Positions 17,850 to 27,497 are shown, counted from the stretch's first letter. The stretch is DNA of 64,000 nt from an uncultured delta proteobacterium (GCA_963765675.1 CAVXXK010000014.1:144818-208817); one strand, 5' to 3'. The notes: a model not told the origin generated them from the letters alone. Numbers and translations: made by a program.

Positions 17850-18641
17850 ATGGCGCTTTCGGAAAAAGATAACAGCGCGGTCCTTTATGAGAAGCGCGGC
17901 ACCGTCGCGTGGGTGACGCTCAATCGCCCGGCGCAGTTGAACGCGTACAACGTGGCGATGCGCGATGCCCTGTTCCAGACTCTGAGCGCGATTCACGACG
18001 ACCCCGAGGTCCGCGCGATGGTGCTCTGCGGCGCGGGCAATGCGTTTTCGACCGGCGGCGATCTGCACGAGTTCGGCACCGCGCCGTCGCCCGTCGCCGC
18101 GCGATGGATCCGTTTCCGGCGCGACGTGTGGGGACGCCTGAAATCGCTGCCGGTTCCGACGCTCGCGGCCGTGCACGGCTTCACCGTCGGCGGCGGACTT
18201 GAGATGGCGATGCTGTGCGACCTCGCAATCGCGGCCGACGACACCCGCATCTGTCTGCCTGAAACCGGGGTCGGGATGATTCCCGGCGTGGCGGGCACCC
18301 AGACTGCCTCGCGGCGCCTGCGCCTCGGCCGCGCGCTCGATTTGAACCTCACCGGCCGCTGGATTGACGCGCAAGACGCATTGCTTATAGGTTTGGTCGC
18401 CGAAGTCGTTGCGCCGCCGCGGCTCGAGCGGCGCGCACTCGAAATCGCGCGCGGACTTGCTCGCATGCCCCGGGAACACTCTGCTATCGCCAAGCTCGCG
18501 ATCTGGGGCGGACTCGACCTGCCGCTTAGCGAGGGGCTCGATCTCGAGCGCAGGCTCGCGCGGCGGATGGCAATAATGACGCAGCGCGGCAATACAAAGC
18601 GGCACAATTCAGGAGGTAACGCGGTCCGTGAACACCGTTAA
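17850..18641 (+). CDS. Enoyl-CoA hydratase/isomerase (crotonase) with both catalytic Glu
   Basis: VTLNRPAQLNA, FSTGGD, GGGLEM, LPETGVGMIPG; ATG 2 nt after the amidohydrolase stop. Confidence 0.9.
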   Translation: MALSEKDNSAVLYEKRGTVAWVTLNRPAQLNAYNVAMRDALFQTLSAIHDDPEVRAMVLCGAGNAFSTGGDLHEFGTAPSPVAARWIRFRRDVWGRLKSLPVPTLAAVHGFTVGGGLEMAMLCDLAIAADDTRICLPETGVGMIPGVAGTQTASRRLRLGRALDLNLTGRWIDAQDALLIGLVAEVVAPPRLERRALEIARGLARMPREHSAIAKLAIWGGLDLPLSEGLDLERRLARRMAIMTQRGNTKRHNSGGNAVREHR

Positions 18642-20172
18642 TTTCGTGACGATTCCGTCGTCGATCGTTCCCGATCAGGAGATTGTTGATTTCGGGGATC
18701 GGCGGCTGAATTACGCGCAGTTTGCCGATACCGTTGCGCGCCTATCCACGATCTTCAAGCAGCAGGGACTCGCTCCGCGCGATGTCGTTGCCGCGCTCGA
18801 CACCAATTCCGATCTTTATATCGCCGCCTACTACGCCGCCGCCAAAGCCGGGCTCACCTTCCTGCCGCTCAACTACCGCGCCAAGGAAGCCGAGCTCGAA
18901 TACATGATCAACACCGCGGCGACCAAGGTTCTGCTCGCCGGCGATCGCTATCTTGACCTGATCAAGCGCCTGCGCCCGCGCCTCAAGCTCGCGAACGTCC
19001 TTGCGATCGGCGACGGAGAGCCGGGAATCCCGCGCCTTTCCGATCTGATCGCCAAGGCCGAGCCCGACGAAGCCGAGGCCGAAGTCGAGGACGAGGACAC
19101 TTCGATCCTGATGTACACCAGCGGCACCACGTCGCTGCCGAAGGGCGTGATGCTCTCGTTTCGCGATTTCACCGCGTACGTGACGGCAAACATCGAAATG
19201 GCGGACGGCACCGACCGCGGCGTCGCACTGGTGTGCGTGCCGTTTTACCATATCGCCGGAACCACCGCGTACATGACCAACATCTGGACCGGCAGAAGGC
19301 TGGTCGTGATGCCGCAATTTGACGCCAAAGCGTGGCTGGCTCTGGTCGCGAAGGAGCGGGTCACGCACGCGTTCGTAGTGCCCACGATGATGAAGCAGGT
19401 CCTCGACGAGCCGTCATTCAAATCGACCGATCTTTCGAGCCTGACCAATCTCGCCTATGGCGGCGCGCCGATGCCGATCCAGGTGATCCGCCGCGCGATC
19501 GAGGCGTTCCCCGCCACGGTCGGCTTCGTCAACGCGTACGGACAGACCGAAACCACATCGTCGCTCATCATCCTCGGCCCCGACGACCATCGGATTACCG
19601 GCACACCGCAGGAGAAGGAACAGAAGCTCCGGCGTCTCAACTCGATCGGCAAGCCGCTCCCCGACGTCGAGATCCGCGTGCGCGACGAAGACGGCGCGCT
19701 GCTTCCGCATGGCAAGGTGGGCGAGATCGTCATCCGCACCCCGCGCATCATGAAGGGCTATGCTGGACGCACCGACGACGCCGCGCTGGCCGAAGGATGG
19801 CGCGCGACCGGTGACCTCGGCTGGATCGACGAAGACGGTTACGTGTTTTTCGCCGGCCGCAAGGACGACATGATTATCCGCGGCGGCGAGAATATCGCGC
19901 CGGCCGAAATCGAAACCGTGCTGATGAGCCATCCTGCGGTCGATGAATGCGCGGTGATCGGAGTTCCCTCGGTCGAGTGGGGCCAGACCGTCAAGGCGTT
20001 CGTGGTTTGTCGCGCGGGAGAAAAGATCACGCGCGACGATTTGAGCGAGTTCTGCCGCTCGCGCCTGGCGAGTTTCAAACGCCCCGAGCAGATCGAATTT
20101 ATCGACGCGCTGCCCAAAAATCCCCTGGGCAAGATCCTGCGCAAAGATCTGCGCGCGCCGTCGGGAGACTGA
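18628..20172 (+). CDS. Class I adenylate-forming enzyme (acyl-CoA ligase family)
   Basis: YTSGTTSLPKG, AYGQTE, TGDLG, GRKDDMIIRGGENI, PKNPLGK; AGGAGG RBS. Confidence 0.93.
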   Translation: MNTVNFVTIPSSIVPDQEIVDFGDRRLNYAQFADTVARLSTIFKQQGLAPRDVVAALDTNSDLYIAAYYAAAKAGLTFLPLNYRAKEAELEYMINTAATKVLLAGDRYLDLIKRLRPRLKLANVLAIGDGEPGIPRLSDLIAKAEPDEAEAEVEDEDTSILMYTSGTTSLPKGVMLSFRDFTAYVTANIEMADGTDRGVALVCVPFYHIAGTTAYMTNIWTGRRLVVMPQFDAKAWLALVAKERVTHAFVVPTMMKQVLDEPSFKSTDLSSLTNLAYGGAPMPIQVIRRAIEAFPATVGFVNAYGQTETTSSLIILGPDDHRITGTPQEKEQKLRRLNSIGKPLPDVEIRVRDEDGALLPHGKVGEIVIRTPRIMKGYAGRTDDAALAEGWRATGDLGWIDEDGYVFFAGRKDDMIIRGGENIAPAEIETVLMSHPAVDECAVIGVPSVEWGQTVKAFVVCRAGEKITRDDLSEFCRSRLASFKRPEQIEFIDALPKNPLGKILRKDLRAPSGD

Positions 20173-20175
20173 CCA

Positions 20176-20940
20176 ACGGCGTCCCGCGCGAAAACCCACA
20201 GGCCGGCTCCCGCGCGCGAGCCGATCGAGATCGCGCTCACCGGCGGATGCGTCACCGCGCGGATTATTGACGCGCGCCGTCCGCTCGGCTCGGCGGGCGC
20301 CAACCGGATGCTCGAGCTGTTCGAGCAGGTCGAAGACGACGAATCGATCCTGATGCTCGCGATCACGGGGACCGGCGCGTCGTTCTGCGAAGGATTTGGC
20401 GACGACGTAGATCCGCGAATCGTCGAGTCGTTCGCCGCGATTTCCAAACCGACCGTCGCGATTATCAACGGCAACGCGATCGACGAGGGGCTCGAGCTCG
20501 CGCTCGCGGCCGATATCCGAGTGATTGTCCGCCGCGCCCGGATCGCGCTGACTCAACTAGCGCGCGGCGAGCTTCCGCATTTCGGAGGAACCCAGCGCCT
20601 GGCGCGAATCGCCGGACCCGCGCAGGCGCTCAGGATGCTCCTGACCGGCGCCGCGCTCGACGGCGCCGCGGCCGAGCGCGTCGGTATCGCGACTTATCTG
20701 GCTAAAGACGAACGCGATCTCGCGCGGGCTGCAGGAGCCCTTGCCGAGGCGATTCTCTCTCGCGCCCCGCTCGCGGCGCGGCTGGTCAAAGACGCTGTCC
20801 TCAAGGGATACGATATGACTTTGGAGCAGGGTGTCAGGCTTGAGGAAGATCTGTACGCCCTGCTACAAACGACTGCCGACCGTGGCGAAGGCGTGCGCGC
20901 GTTCCTGGACAAGCGCAAGCCGATTTTCCGCGGCGCTTGA
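20176..20940 (+). CDS. Degenerate enoyl-CoA hydratase-like protein; start uncertain
   Basis: KPTVAIING, GLELALAADIR, GGTQRL, EGVRAFLDKRKPIF. Crotonase-like sequence extends upstream of Met20308 with no canonical start codon. Confidence 0.8.
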   Translation, partial: TASRAKTHRPAPAREPIEIALTGGCVTARIIDARRPLGSAGANRMLELFEQVEDDESILMLAITGTGASFCEGFGDDVDPRIVESFAAISKPTVAIINGNAIDEGLELALAADIRVIVRRARIALTQLARGELPHFGGTQRLARIAGPAQALRMLLTGAALDGAAAERVGIATYLAKDERDLARAAGALAEAILSRAPLAARLVKDAVLKGYDMTLEQGVRLEEDLYALLQTTADRGEGVRAFLDKRKPIFRGA

Positions 20941-20967
20941 AGAATCGATTGCGAAAGGAATGGTGAG

Positions 20968-21087
20968 ATGGCCAATCAACTGGGCAAAGTTTATATCTGC
21001 GCCAAATGCGGCTCGCAGGTGATCGTGACCAAGGGCGGCACCGGCCTGCTCAAATGCTGCGGCGTTCCGATGGAACAGAAAAAGTAA
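20968..21087 (+). CDS. Second desulforedoxin-like small protein (39 aa), no tail; not in ORF track
   Basis: MANQLGKVYICAKCGSQVIVTKGGTGLLKCCGVPMEQKK; C-x2-C-x15-CC; AAAGGA RBS; 21/38 identical to the 16116 protein by manual ungapped alignment. Confidence 0.88.
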   Translation: MANQLGKVYICAKCGSQVIVTKGGTGLLKCCGVPMEQKK

Positions 21088-21140
21088 TCCGCCGCCGCTG
21101 GCGGCGTCCAAGATGATCGATCGATAAGGAGGACCTCCCG

Positions 21141-21383
21141 ATGATCGGAGCCATAATTGTCGGAATCATCGCCGGATGGCTGGCGGGCAAGCTGATACGC
21201 GGCAAGGGCTATGGAATTATCGGCGACCTGATTCTCGGGTTGGTCGGCGGCCTTATCGGCGGATGGATTATCGGCGCATTCAACATCCCCGGCCCTAACG
21301 GAGTGATCGGCGCGATTGTCGTCGCGACGATCGGCGCGGTCATCCTCGTGTGGATCGCGCATCTGATTCGCGGCGAAGTCTGA
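21141..21383 (+). CDS. GlsB/YeaQ/YmgE family membrane protein
   Basis: GIIAGWLAG...GYGIIGDLILGLVGGLIGG...ATIGAVIL; AAGGAGG RBS. Confidence 0.9.
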   Translation: MIGAIIVGIIAGWLAGKLIRGKGYGIIGDLILGLVGGLIGGWIIGAFNIPGPNGVIGAIVVATIGAVILVWIAHLIRGEV

Positions 21384-21407
21384 GTCTCGCGATTTTTTTC
21401 TGATCGT

Positions 21408-21818
21408 TCAGGCGAGCGCGCGCAGGCGCAGCTCTTTGGCCTGGCTGCGAATCGGCTCGGGCAGCGCGACCGTCGTCGCGTCAACCCAGGTCCGCTCCAG
21501 CCGATAGAACTCTCGCGCCGGCTCGTAAAAGATGTGCACCACCAGGTCGTCGTAGTCGAGCACGATCCAGTGCGCATGCTTGACGCCTTCGACCGAGAGC
21601 GGACGAATCTTGCTCTTCTGCATCCGCTCCTCGATCCCGCGCGCGATCGCCTGGACCTGTACGTCCGAGCGCCCGGTCGCAATCAGAAAGTAATCCGCGA
21701 TCGACGACAGATGTTCAGACTCGAGTACGACCAGGTCGTAGGCCTTCTTTTCCAGGGCCGCTTCGGCGGCGGCTATCGCCTTGGTGAGTGAATCCACGCT
21801 TGCGGGGTTGTCCCTCAA
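21408..21818 (-). CDS. rsfS: Ribosome silencing factor
   Basis: KKAYDLV...ADYFLIATG...WIVLDYDDLVVHIF...FYRLE; downstream of nadD. Confidence 0.92.
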   Translation of the reverse strand: MRDNPASVDSLTKAIAAAEAALEKKAYDLVVLESEHLSSIADYFLIATGRSDVQVQAIARGIEERMQKSKIRPLSVEGVKHAHWIVLDYDDLVVHIFYEPAREFYRLERTWVDATTVALPEPIRSQAKELRLRALA

Positions 21819-22453
21819 AAGAGCTGATGGCGATTGATATAGTCCAGCACATCGCCGGGTACGAGGTAGTTGATCGAACGGCCGCGCTGTATTTTGCGGC
21901 GAATCGCCGTGGCGGAAATGGAAAGGACAGTCGTGGCTACGAATGAAAGCGTTTGTCCGCTCGGGTTCACGTAGTGATCGTCTGCCTTAATGTAGCCAAA
22001 CCTTTTCAGCGCGGCAAGCGAGAAACGCGGCTGACCCTCCGCGCCCTCGGGCATCCGCGTGTGGACGACGATGTTGCACAGCGACGCCATCTCGTCGCAG
22101 CTTTTCCATGTGTCGAGCTCTGCAAACTGGTCCGCGCCCATCAGCAAATAGAGCGTCGCCGGCTGGCGCAGGGTCGCCAGAAAAAACTTGACCGTATCGA
22201 TCGTGTAGGAGCTGCCACCGCGCCGCATCTCGACGTCGGAGACCATGAAGTGCCGATTGCCCTTGGTCGCCAGCCGCACCATCTGCAGGCGATGCTCGGC
22301 AGGAGCAAGCTCGCCCTCGGACTTGTGCGGCGGTGATGCGGCCGGGATGAAGTACACGAGGTCGAGTTCCAGCGCCTCGCGGACTTCTTCCGCCGAGCGC
22401 AGATGCCCGAAATGAATCGGGTTGAAGCTGCCGCCGAACAGCCCTACTCGCAT
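21815..22453 (-). CDS. nadD: Nicotinate-nucleotide adenylyltransferase
   Basis: GGSFNPIHFGH, SYTIDT, ISATAIR. Confidence 0.95.
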   Translation of the reverse strand: MRVGLFGGSFNPIHFGHLRSAEEVREALELDLVYFIPAASPPHKSEGELAPAEHRLQMVRLATKGNRHFMVSDVEMRRGGSSYTIDTVKFFLATLRQPATLYLLMGADQFAELDTWKSCDEMASLCNIVVHTRMPEGAEGQPRFSLAALKRFGYIKADDHYVNPSGQTLSFVATTVLSISATAIRRKIQRGRSINYLVPGDVLDYINRHQLF

Positions 22454-22474
22454 CGCGTTTTCTCGCGCACCCGG

Positions 22475-23728
22475 CTAACCGCGCACCTGTCCGGAACCGT
22501 GGATCACGTATTTGTAGGTTGTCAGTTCCGCCAGGCCCATCGGCCCGCGCGCGTGCAGGCGGTTGGTCGAGATTCCGGTTTCTGCCCCGAAGCCGAACTC
22601 GAAGCCGTCGGTGAAGCGGGTCGATGCATTCACGTAAACCGTAGCCGAATCGACCTCATGCTGAAAGCGCGCGGCCGCGGCAGCGTCGCGCGTTACGATC
22701 GCGTCTGCCAGATGCGACCCGTGGCGCTCGATAAACGCGATTGCCTCGTCGAGCGAATCGACAATCTTAATCGACAGGATCAGATCCAGATACTCGGTGT
22801 CCCAGTCCTCGGGCTTGGCCGCCCGCGCTTCACGCACGATCGCGCGCACATGCTCGTCGCCGCGAATCTCGACCCCGGCTTTTTTCATCCGCGCCGCGAG
22901 CGCTGGCAGAAAACTCGCCGCGGCACCGCGATGCACCAGCAACGTCTCCATCGCGTTGCACACCGACGGACGGCTGCATTTCGCGTTGAAGCAAATCTCC
23001 TCGGCCATCTTCAGATCCGCAGACGCATCGACGTACGTGTGGCAGATCCCGTCGAAATGCGTGACCAGCGGAACCGCCGAGCCTTCGAGTGCGGCTTTGA
23101 GTTGCGCGCCACCGCGCGGAATTATCAGGTCGAGCGCCTCGCTGCTGCGTTTGAGAATCTGCACGATCTCGCGATCCGGATTGTCGATGAACATCGCCGC
23201 CGAGGGGTCGAGCCCGGTCTCGCCGAGCGCGCGCGCGATCAGGCTCGCAAGGCTCGCGTTGCTGCTGAGCGCCTCCTTTCCGCCGCGCAGCACGACCGCG
23301 TTGCCGGCCTTGAAGCATAGCGCGGCCGCGTCGACGGTGACGTTGGGCCGCGACTCGTAGATGACCGCGACGAGGCCGATCGGCACGCGCCGCTTTTCGA
23401 TCTTGAGACCGTTCGGCCGCTGCCACGAGTCGATCGTTACGCCGACGGGATCGGGCAGCGCCGCAACTTCGTCAACCCCGCGGGCGATCGCCTCGATCCG
23501 ATCATCGTTCAGCGTCAGCCGCTCGACGAACGCGCCGCCGCGCCCCTCGCGATGCGCGCGTTCCAGATCGATTCGATTCGCGGCCAGGATCGCCGGTTTG
23601 GATTTCCGGATCATCGCCGCCAGCGTCGCGAGCGCCGCATTCTTCTGCTCGGTCGAAGCGAGCGCGATCTTGCGTGCGGCCGCGCGTGCGGCAGCCAGAA
23701 TCGCGGCGACATCAGTTTCCAGGCTCAT
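22475..23728 (-). CDS. proA: Glutamate-5-semialdehyde dehydrogenase
   Basis: IYESRPNVT, CNAMETLL, NASTRFTDG, HARGPMG. Confidence 0.95.
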   Translation of the reverse strand: MSLETDVAAILAAARAAARKIALASTEQKNAALATLAAMIRKSKPAILAANRIDLERAHREGRGGAFVERLTLNDDRIEAIARGVDEVAALPDPVGVTIDSWQRPNGLKIEKRRVPIGLVAVIYESRPNVTVDAAALCFKAGNAVVLRGGKEALSSNASLASLIARALGETGLDPSAAMFIDNPDREIVQILKRSSEALDLIIPRGGAQLKAALEGSAVPLVTHFDGICHTYVDASADLKMAEEICFNAKCSRPSVCNAMETLLVHRGAAASFLPALAARMKKAGVEIRGDEHVRAIVREARAAKPEDWDTEYLDLILSIKIVDSLDEAIAFIERHGSHLADAIVTRDAAAAARFQHEVDSATVYVNASTRFTDGFEFGFGAETGISTNRLHARGPMGLAELTTYKYVIHGSGQVRG

Positions 23729-24874
23729 CCGATTTCCTTCAGCAGCACAAAATTATCGCGATGAATAATCTCGTCGGCCAGCTTGTAGCCGAGCAAACTC
23801 GCGATCTCGGCCGACCGCCGCCCCATCAGCTTGAGTACATCGGCGGCCGGATAGTTGACCAGCCCGCGTCCGAACTCGACGCCTTCCGGATCGAGCAGGC
23901 TCACGCATTCGCCCGGCGCGAACTCGCCCCGCACCTCGCGGATTCCCGAGGGCAGCAGGCTGCGCCCTCGAGTGCGCAGCGCGTCGGCCGCGCCGCGATC
24001 GACGGCGAGCGCGCCGGCAGGGCGCAGCGCGAAGGCAATCCAATGCTTGCGGCTCTTGAGCTTCGCGCCCGCCGGAACGATCAGCGTGCCGCACTCGCGC
24101 TCAGCATCGAGCACCGCGGCGAGCACGCCCGCCTCGCGCCCGGGCGCGATCACCGACGCGATTCCGGCGCGCGCCGCCTCGCGCGCCGCGCGCAGCTTCG
24201 TCACCATCCCGCCGCCGCTGCCCAGCGGCCCCGAGCCCTCGGCGACGAGCCCGCTCATCGCGGCTTCCGGATCGGTGATGAGCGCGATCAGCCGCGCGTC
24301 GGCGCGCTTGTGCGGATCTCCAGTCAGAACGCCAGGCCACGTCGCTCAGCATCACGAGCATCCCGGCTTGCACCAGAGTCGCGACCAGCGAGGACAGGAA
24401 ATCATTGTCGCCCAGGCGGATCTCTTCGACGGCGACGGTGTCATTTTCGTTCACGATCGGGATCACGCCCGCCGCGAGCAGCGCCGTGATCGTCGCACTC
24501 GCGTTCTGGCGGCGGCGGCGCTCGGCCAAATCCTGATGCGTCAGCAGAAGCTGCGCGACGGTTCGTCCATGAGCGCCGAACGCGCGCGCCCACTGACCCA
24601 TCAGCTCGATCTGTCCGGCGGCGGCCGCGGCCTGGCGCACCGCGATCGTTGCGCCGTGAAGTTTTTTAAGCCGCGCGCGTCCGGCCGCGACCGCGCCCGA
24701 GGTCACGACGATCACCTCGCGTCCGGCGGCGATCGCGGCGTCGATATCGGCGGCCAGGCGATCGATCACGTCGGCGCGAAGCCCGTCGGCGTCCGAGAGC
24801 ACGGCGCTCCCGACCTTGACCACGATCCGCTTCACGCGTGGCAGAATTTGCGCCTTGTAATTTAGCTGGGACAT
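23725..24874 (-). CDS. proB: Glutamate 5-kinase with PUA domain, +1 frameshift near 24334
   Basis: VKVGS, SGAV, NENDTV, GDNDFLS in one frame; GGMVTKL and the PUA domain in the next frame. Confidence 0.9.
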
Positions 24875-25878
24875 ACGGCCGAAACGGGTTCGAGGGTCGA
24901 GAGCGCGCGGGCGATCTCCGCGATGAGCGGCTTGAGGCCGAGGCTTTTTTCCGCCGAAATCGCGAAGGTCGGCAGACCGAGTTTGCGCCCGAGCTCGCGC
25001 GCGGATTTGCGCGCTTCCTTGTCGCTTAAAAGATCGATCTTGTTGAGCGCGATCACGGCCGGCCGTTCGAGCAGCGCCGGATCGAATGCGCCAATCTCCG
25101 CGCGCACGGTCTCATACGCCTGCGCGGGATTTTCCGAAGCATCGAGCACGTACACCAGCATCCGCGTGCGCGCCAGATGCCGCAAAAAACGGATTCCGAG
25201 ACCGTGTCCGAGATGCGCTCCCTCGATCAGGCCGGGAATATCGGCGAGCGTGAAGCTCTCTTCGTCGGAAATAAATACGCGCCCGATATTCGGCGCGAGC
25301 GTGGTGAAAGGATAGGCGGCGATCTTCGGCCGCGCCGCGCTGAGCGCCGTGAGCAACGTCGATTTTCCGGCGTTCGGCAGCCCGACCAATCCCGCCTCGG
25401 CGACGAGCCGCAGTTCGAGCCGCACCCATCGCTGAATGCCCGGAGTTCCCGGAGTCGCGATTCGCGGCGAGCGGCGCGTCGAGCTGACGAAGTGCATGTT
25501 GCCGCGTCCGCCTTCTCCGGCCTGCGCGATCGTCGCGCGCGACCCCGGCATCACGAGGTCCGCGAGCGTTTCGCCGGTCTCGTCGTCGAACGCGACCGTT
25601 CCCGGCGGCACTTTGACGATCAGGTCCGCGCCGGCTTTGCCGTACTGTTGCTTGCCGCGGCCCGATTCGCCGTCGCGCGCGACCAGGCGCGGCTGATATT
25701 TGAAATCGAGCAACGTCGAGAGGCCTTCATCGACTTCGAGGATCACGCTGCCGCCGCGGCCGCCGTCGCCGCCCGAGGGACCGCCAAAGGGGCGATACTT
25801 TTCGCGCAGAAATGCGATCGCGCCATTGCCGCCTTTGCCCGCGTGTACGAACACTCGCGCTTCGTCGATAAACCGCAT
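24862..25878 (-). CDS. obgE: GTPase ObgE
   Basis: FIDE...GGNG...GGDGGRGG, GLPNAGKST, YPFTT, DIPG, NKID. Confidence 0.96.
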   Translation of the reverse strand: MRFIDEARVFVHAGKGGNGAIAFLREKYRPFGGPSGGDGGRGGSVILEVDEGLSTLLDFKYQPRLVARDGESGRGKQQYGKAGADLIVKVPPGTVAFDDETGETLADLVMPGSRATIAQAGEGGRGNMHFVSSTRRSPRIATPGTPGIQRWVRLELRLVAEAGLVGLPNAGKSTLLTALSAARPKIAAYPFTTLAPNIGRVFISDEESFTLADIPGLIEGAHLGHGLGIRFLRHLARTRMLVYVLDASENPAQAYETVRAEIGAFDPALLERPAVIALNKIDLLSDKEARKSARELGRKLGLPTFAISAEKSLGLKPLIAEIARALSTLEPVSAVCPS

Positions 25879-25940
25879 CGCAGTGACCGGATTATAGCAG
25901 GCCACTGCGGCATGAAGCGCGCGGCCGCATCAGCAAAAAA

Positions 25941-26059
25941 CCGACCTAACCCCTGACCCCTTCCCGCACGGGAAGGGGAACGATCTTCTCGCAGACGCTG
26001 TTTGGGTGTCATCCTGGCCGCCAGGTGAAGGATCTCCGCGAAGCGATTAGTGCAACCAA
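25941..26059. repeat. REP family C hairpin followed by the left half of REP family A
   Basis: ccccttcccg-ca-cgggaagggg at 25957-25978; gtcatcctg...gaaggatctccgcgaagcgattagtgcaacc at 26008-26057. Confidence 0.8.
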
Positions 26060-26151
26060 CATGGCTTTTCGCATCCAGTCTCGACGGGAGACGGGCGGCT
26101 CGTGAGGGGGAGTGTGTACTTAACGTAATTGGCGTTCAGGATCGCGTTCTT

Positions 26152-26644
26152 ATGCCGAATAGAACGTCGATCATTCTTGGTGCACTGGCCGTCGCAGTCG
26201 GCCTCATTGGTGCAGCCGTGAATCTCGGTAACTTCACCAATGTCACCACTGCTGGGGGTCTGATCGCGTTTGCTATTTCGCTGGCTCTGCTAGCGATTGG
26301 CCTTGGGATTCAACCTTATCTGAAGCGAATCGTGCTTCGTTCACGAATCCGGCTTCTTCCAGCGCATTTGGTAGCACCGCCATCTCCACGGTGGACAAAT
26401 TGGAAGGTGAATTTATTCGATTCGCGATGCGTTCGCGGAAGCCGATGCGGCTTTCAATGTGTTGCGCAGCGTCTACGAGTACAACGAACTAGTCACTGTG
26501 CGGAAGGGCATGCGCAATGTTCTTGATATGGGGCCACATCCCTTCATAGTCACGAGAACAGTAGAGGAGCAGTATGCGGTCGCAAAACGCAGTGTGTGGA
26601 AGGCGATGAACGAATTTATCGAAATACATCGGCAGCTAGGTTGA
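26152..26644 (+). pseudogene. AT-richer hypothetical membrane protein, probably frameshifted; IS passenger or neighbour
   Basis: Two TM-like segments, then continuation in a second frame (26459-26644). Confidence 0.35.
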
Positions 26645-26795
26645 AGTCATTTGGCCAACCGCCTTGGGGACGTTTTTTCGCCACAGCCTTCTTTATCGCG
26701 TCCTTCCAGTTGCCTTCGATCTTGAGGACTTCGGGTTTTGGCCCCGGATGCTTACGCGCTTTCGGCTTCGACGCTTTCCCTGATTTGATCGGCAT
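26616..26795 (-). CDS. Small basic ORF overlapping the 3' end of the IS1595 transposase
   Basis: MPIKSGKASKPKARKHPGPKPEVLKIEGNWKDAIKKAVAKKRPQGGWP...; read manually, below the track cutoff. Confidence 0.45.
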   Translation of the reverse strand: MPIKSGKASKPKARKHPGPKPEVLKIEGNWKDAIKKAVAKKRPQGGWPNDFNLAADVFR

Positions 26796-27497
26796 AAGTT
26801 AAACGCTTCCCATTAGCGTTGCGGATGGCAAGCGCGGTGCGCTCGCCATCGTCAATCCTACGCGCATTGTAGCGGAAATCGAATTCTCCCAAGTACCGAT
26901 GCAGATGCTTCTTGCTGACGCTGTGGAACGTACCGTACAGGCCACGCTTGAGCAGCGAGAAAACGCTTTCAATCGTATTGGTCGTAACGTCGCCGCGCAC
27001 GTATTCTTCGGCGTTGTGGTTAACGAAATCGTGCCGCGCAAATGGCTTACCGAGGAAACCGTACAGGTTGAATGAGTCCGTCATGATCCGAGAACGAGAT
27101 CAACGTTCTCCAAAAGAACCTTGCGGAGATTTCCTTCGTAACTCTGTCCATAACAAAGGAACGAACATCGCCGTTGCGCTGCACCATCGCGAACACCGGC
27201 ACCTTTCCCTTCCAGCCTAGATTCTTCGGATTGCGCTGGCTCAGCGGTTTGTTTTTTTCCTTTCCGCGAACATAGGTTTCGTCAGCTTCCACGATTCCGC
27301 TCAGCTTCGGCTTTGGCGTAAATTCGTCGCTCATCGCGAAGCGAATGCGATGCATCATGAACAACGCCGATTTGTATGAGAGTCCAGTCATACGCTGAAT
27401 CTGTTTGCTGCTGACCCCCTTCTTGCTCGCAGCCGCAGCCCAAAAGCCGTAACACCAGTGGCGAAGCGGGATGCAGCGAATCTTCAAGTTCGGTGCC
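26752..27497 (-). mobile_element. Decayed IS1595-family (ISXO2-like) DDE transposase, frameshifted and 5'-truncated
   Basis: IPLRHW...KKGVSS...VEADETY...VNH...EYVRGDVTTNTIES...LKRGLYGTFHSVSKKHLHRYLGEFDFRYN; the N-terminal zinc ribbon is replaced by a REP. Confidence 0.88.

Noticed and set aside
20170-20220. Selenocysteine insertion at the ligase UGA
   Set aside because: The codon falls in a linker after a complete ligase C-terminus, not at a Cys-equivalent site, and I see no convincing SECIS hairpin.
24300-24350. Programmed frameshift in proB and the other split genes
   Set aside because: No slippery heptamer, and the same +1 pattern appears in unrelated genes, which points to sequencing error.
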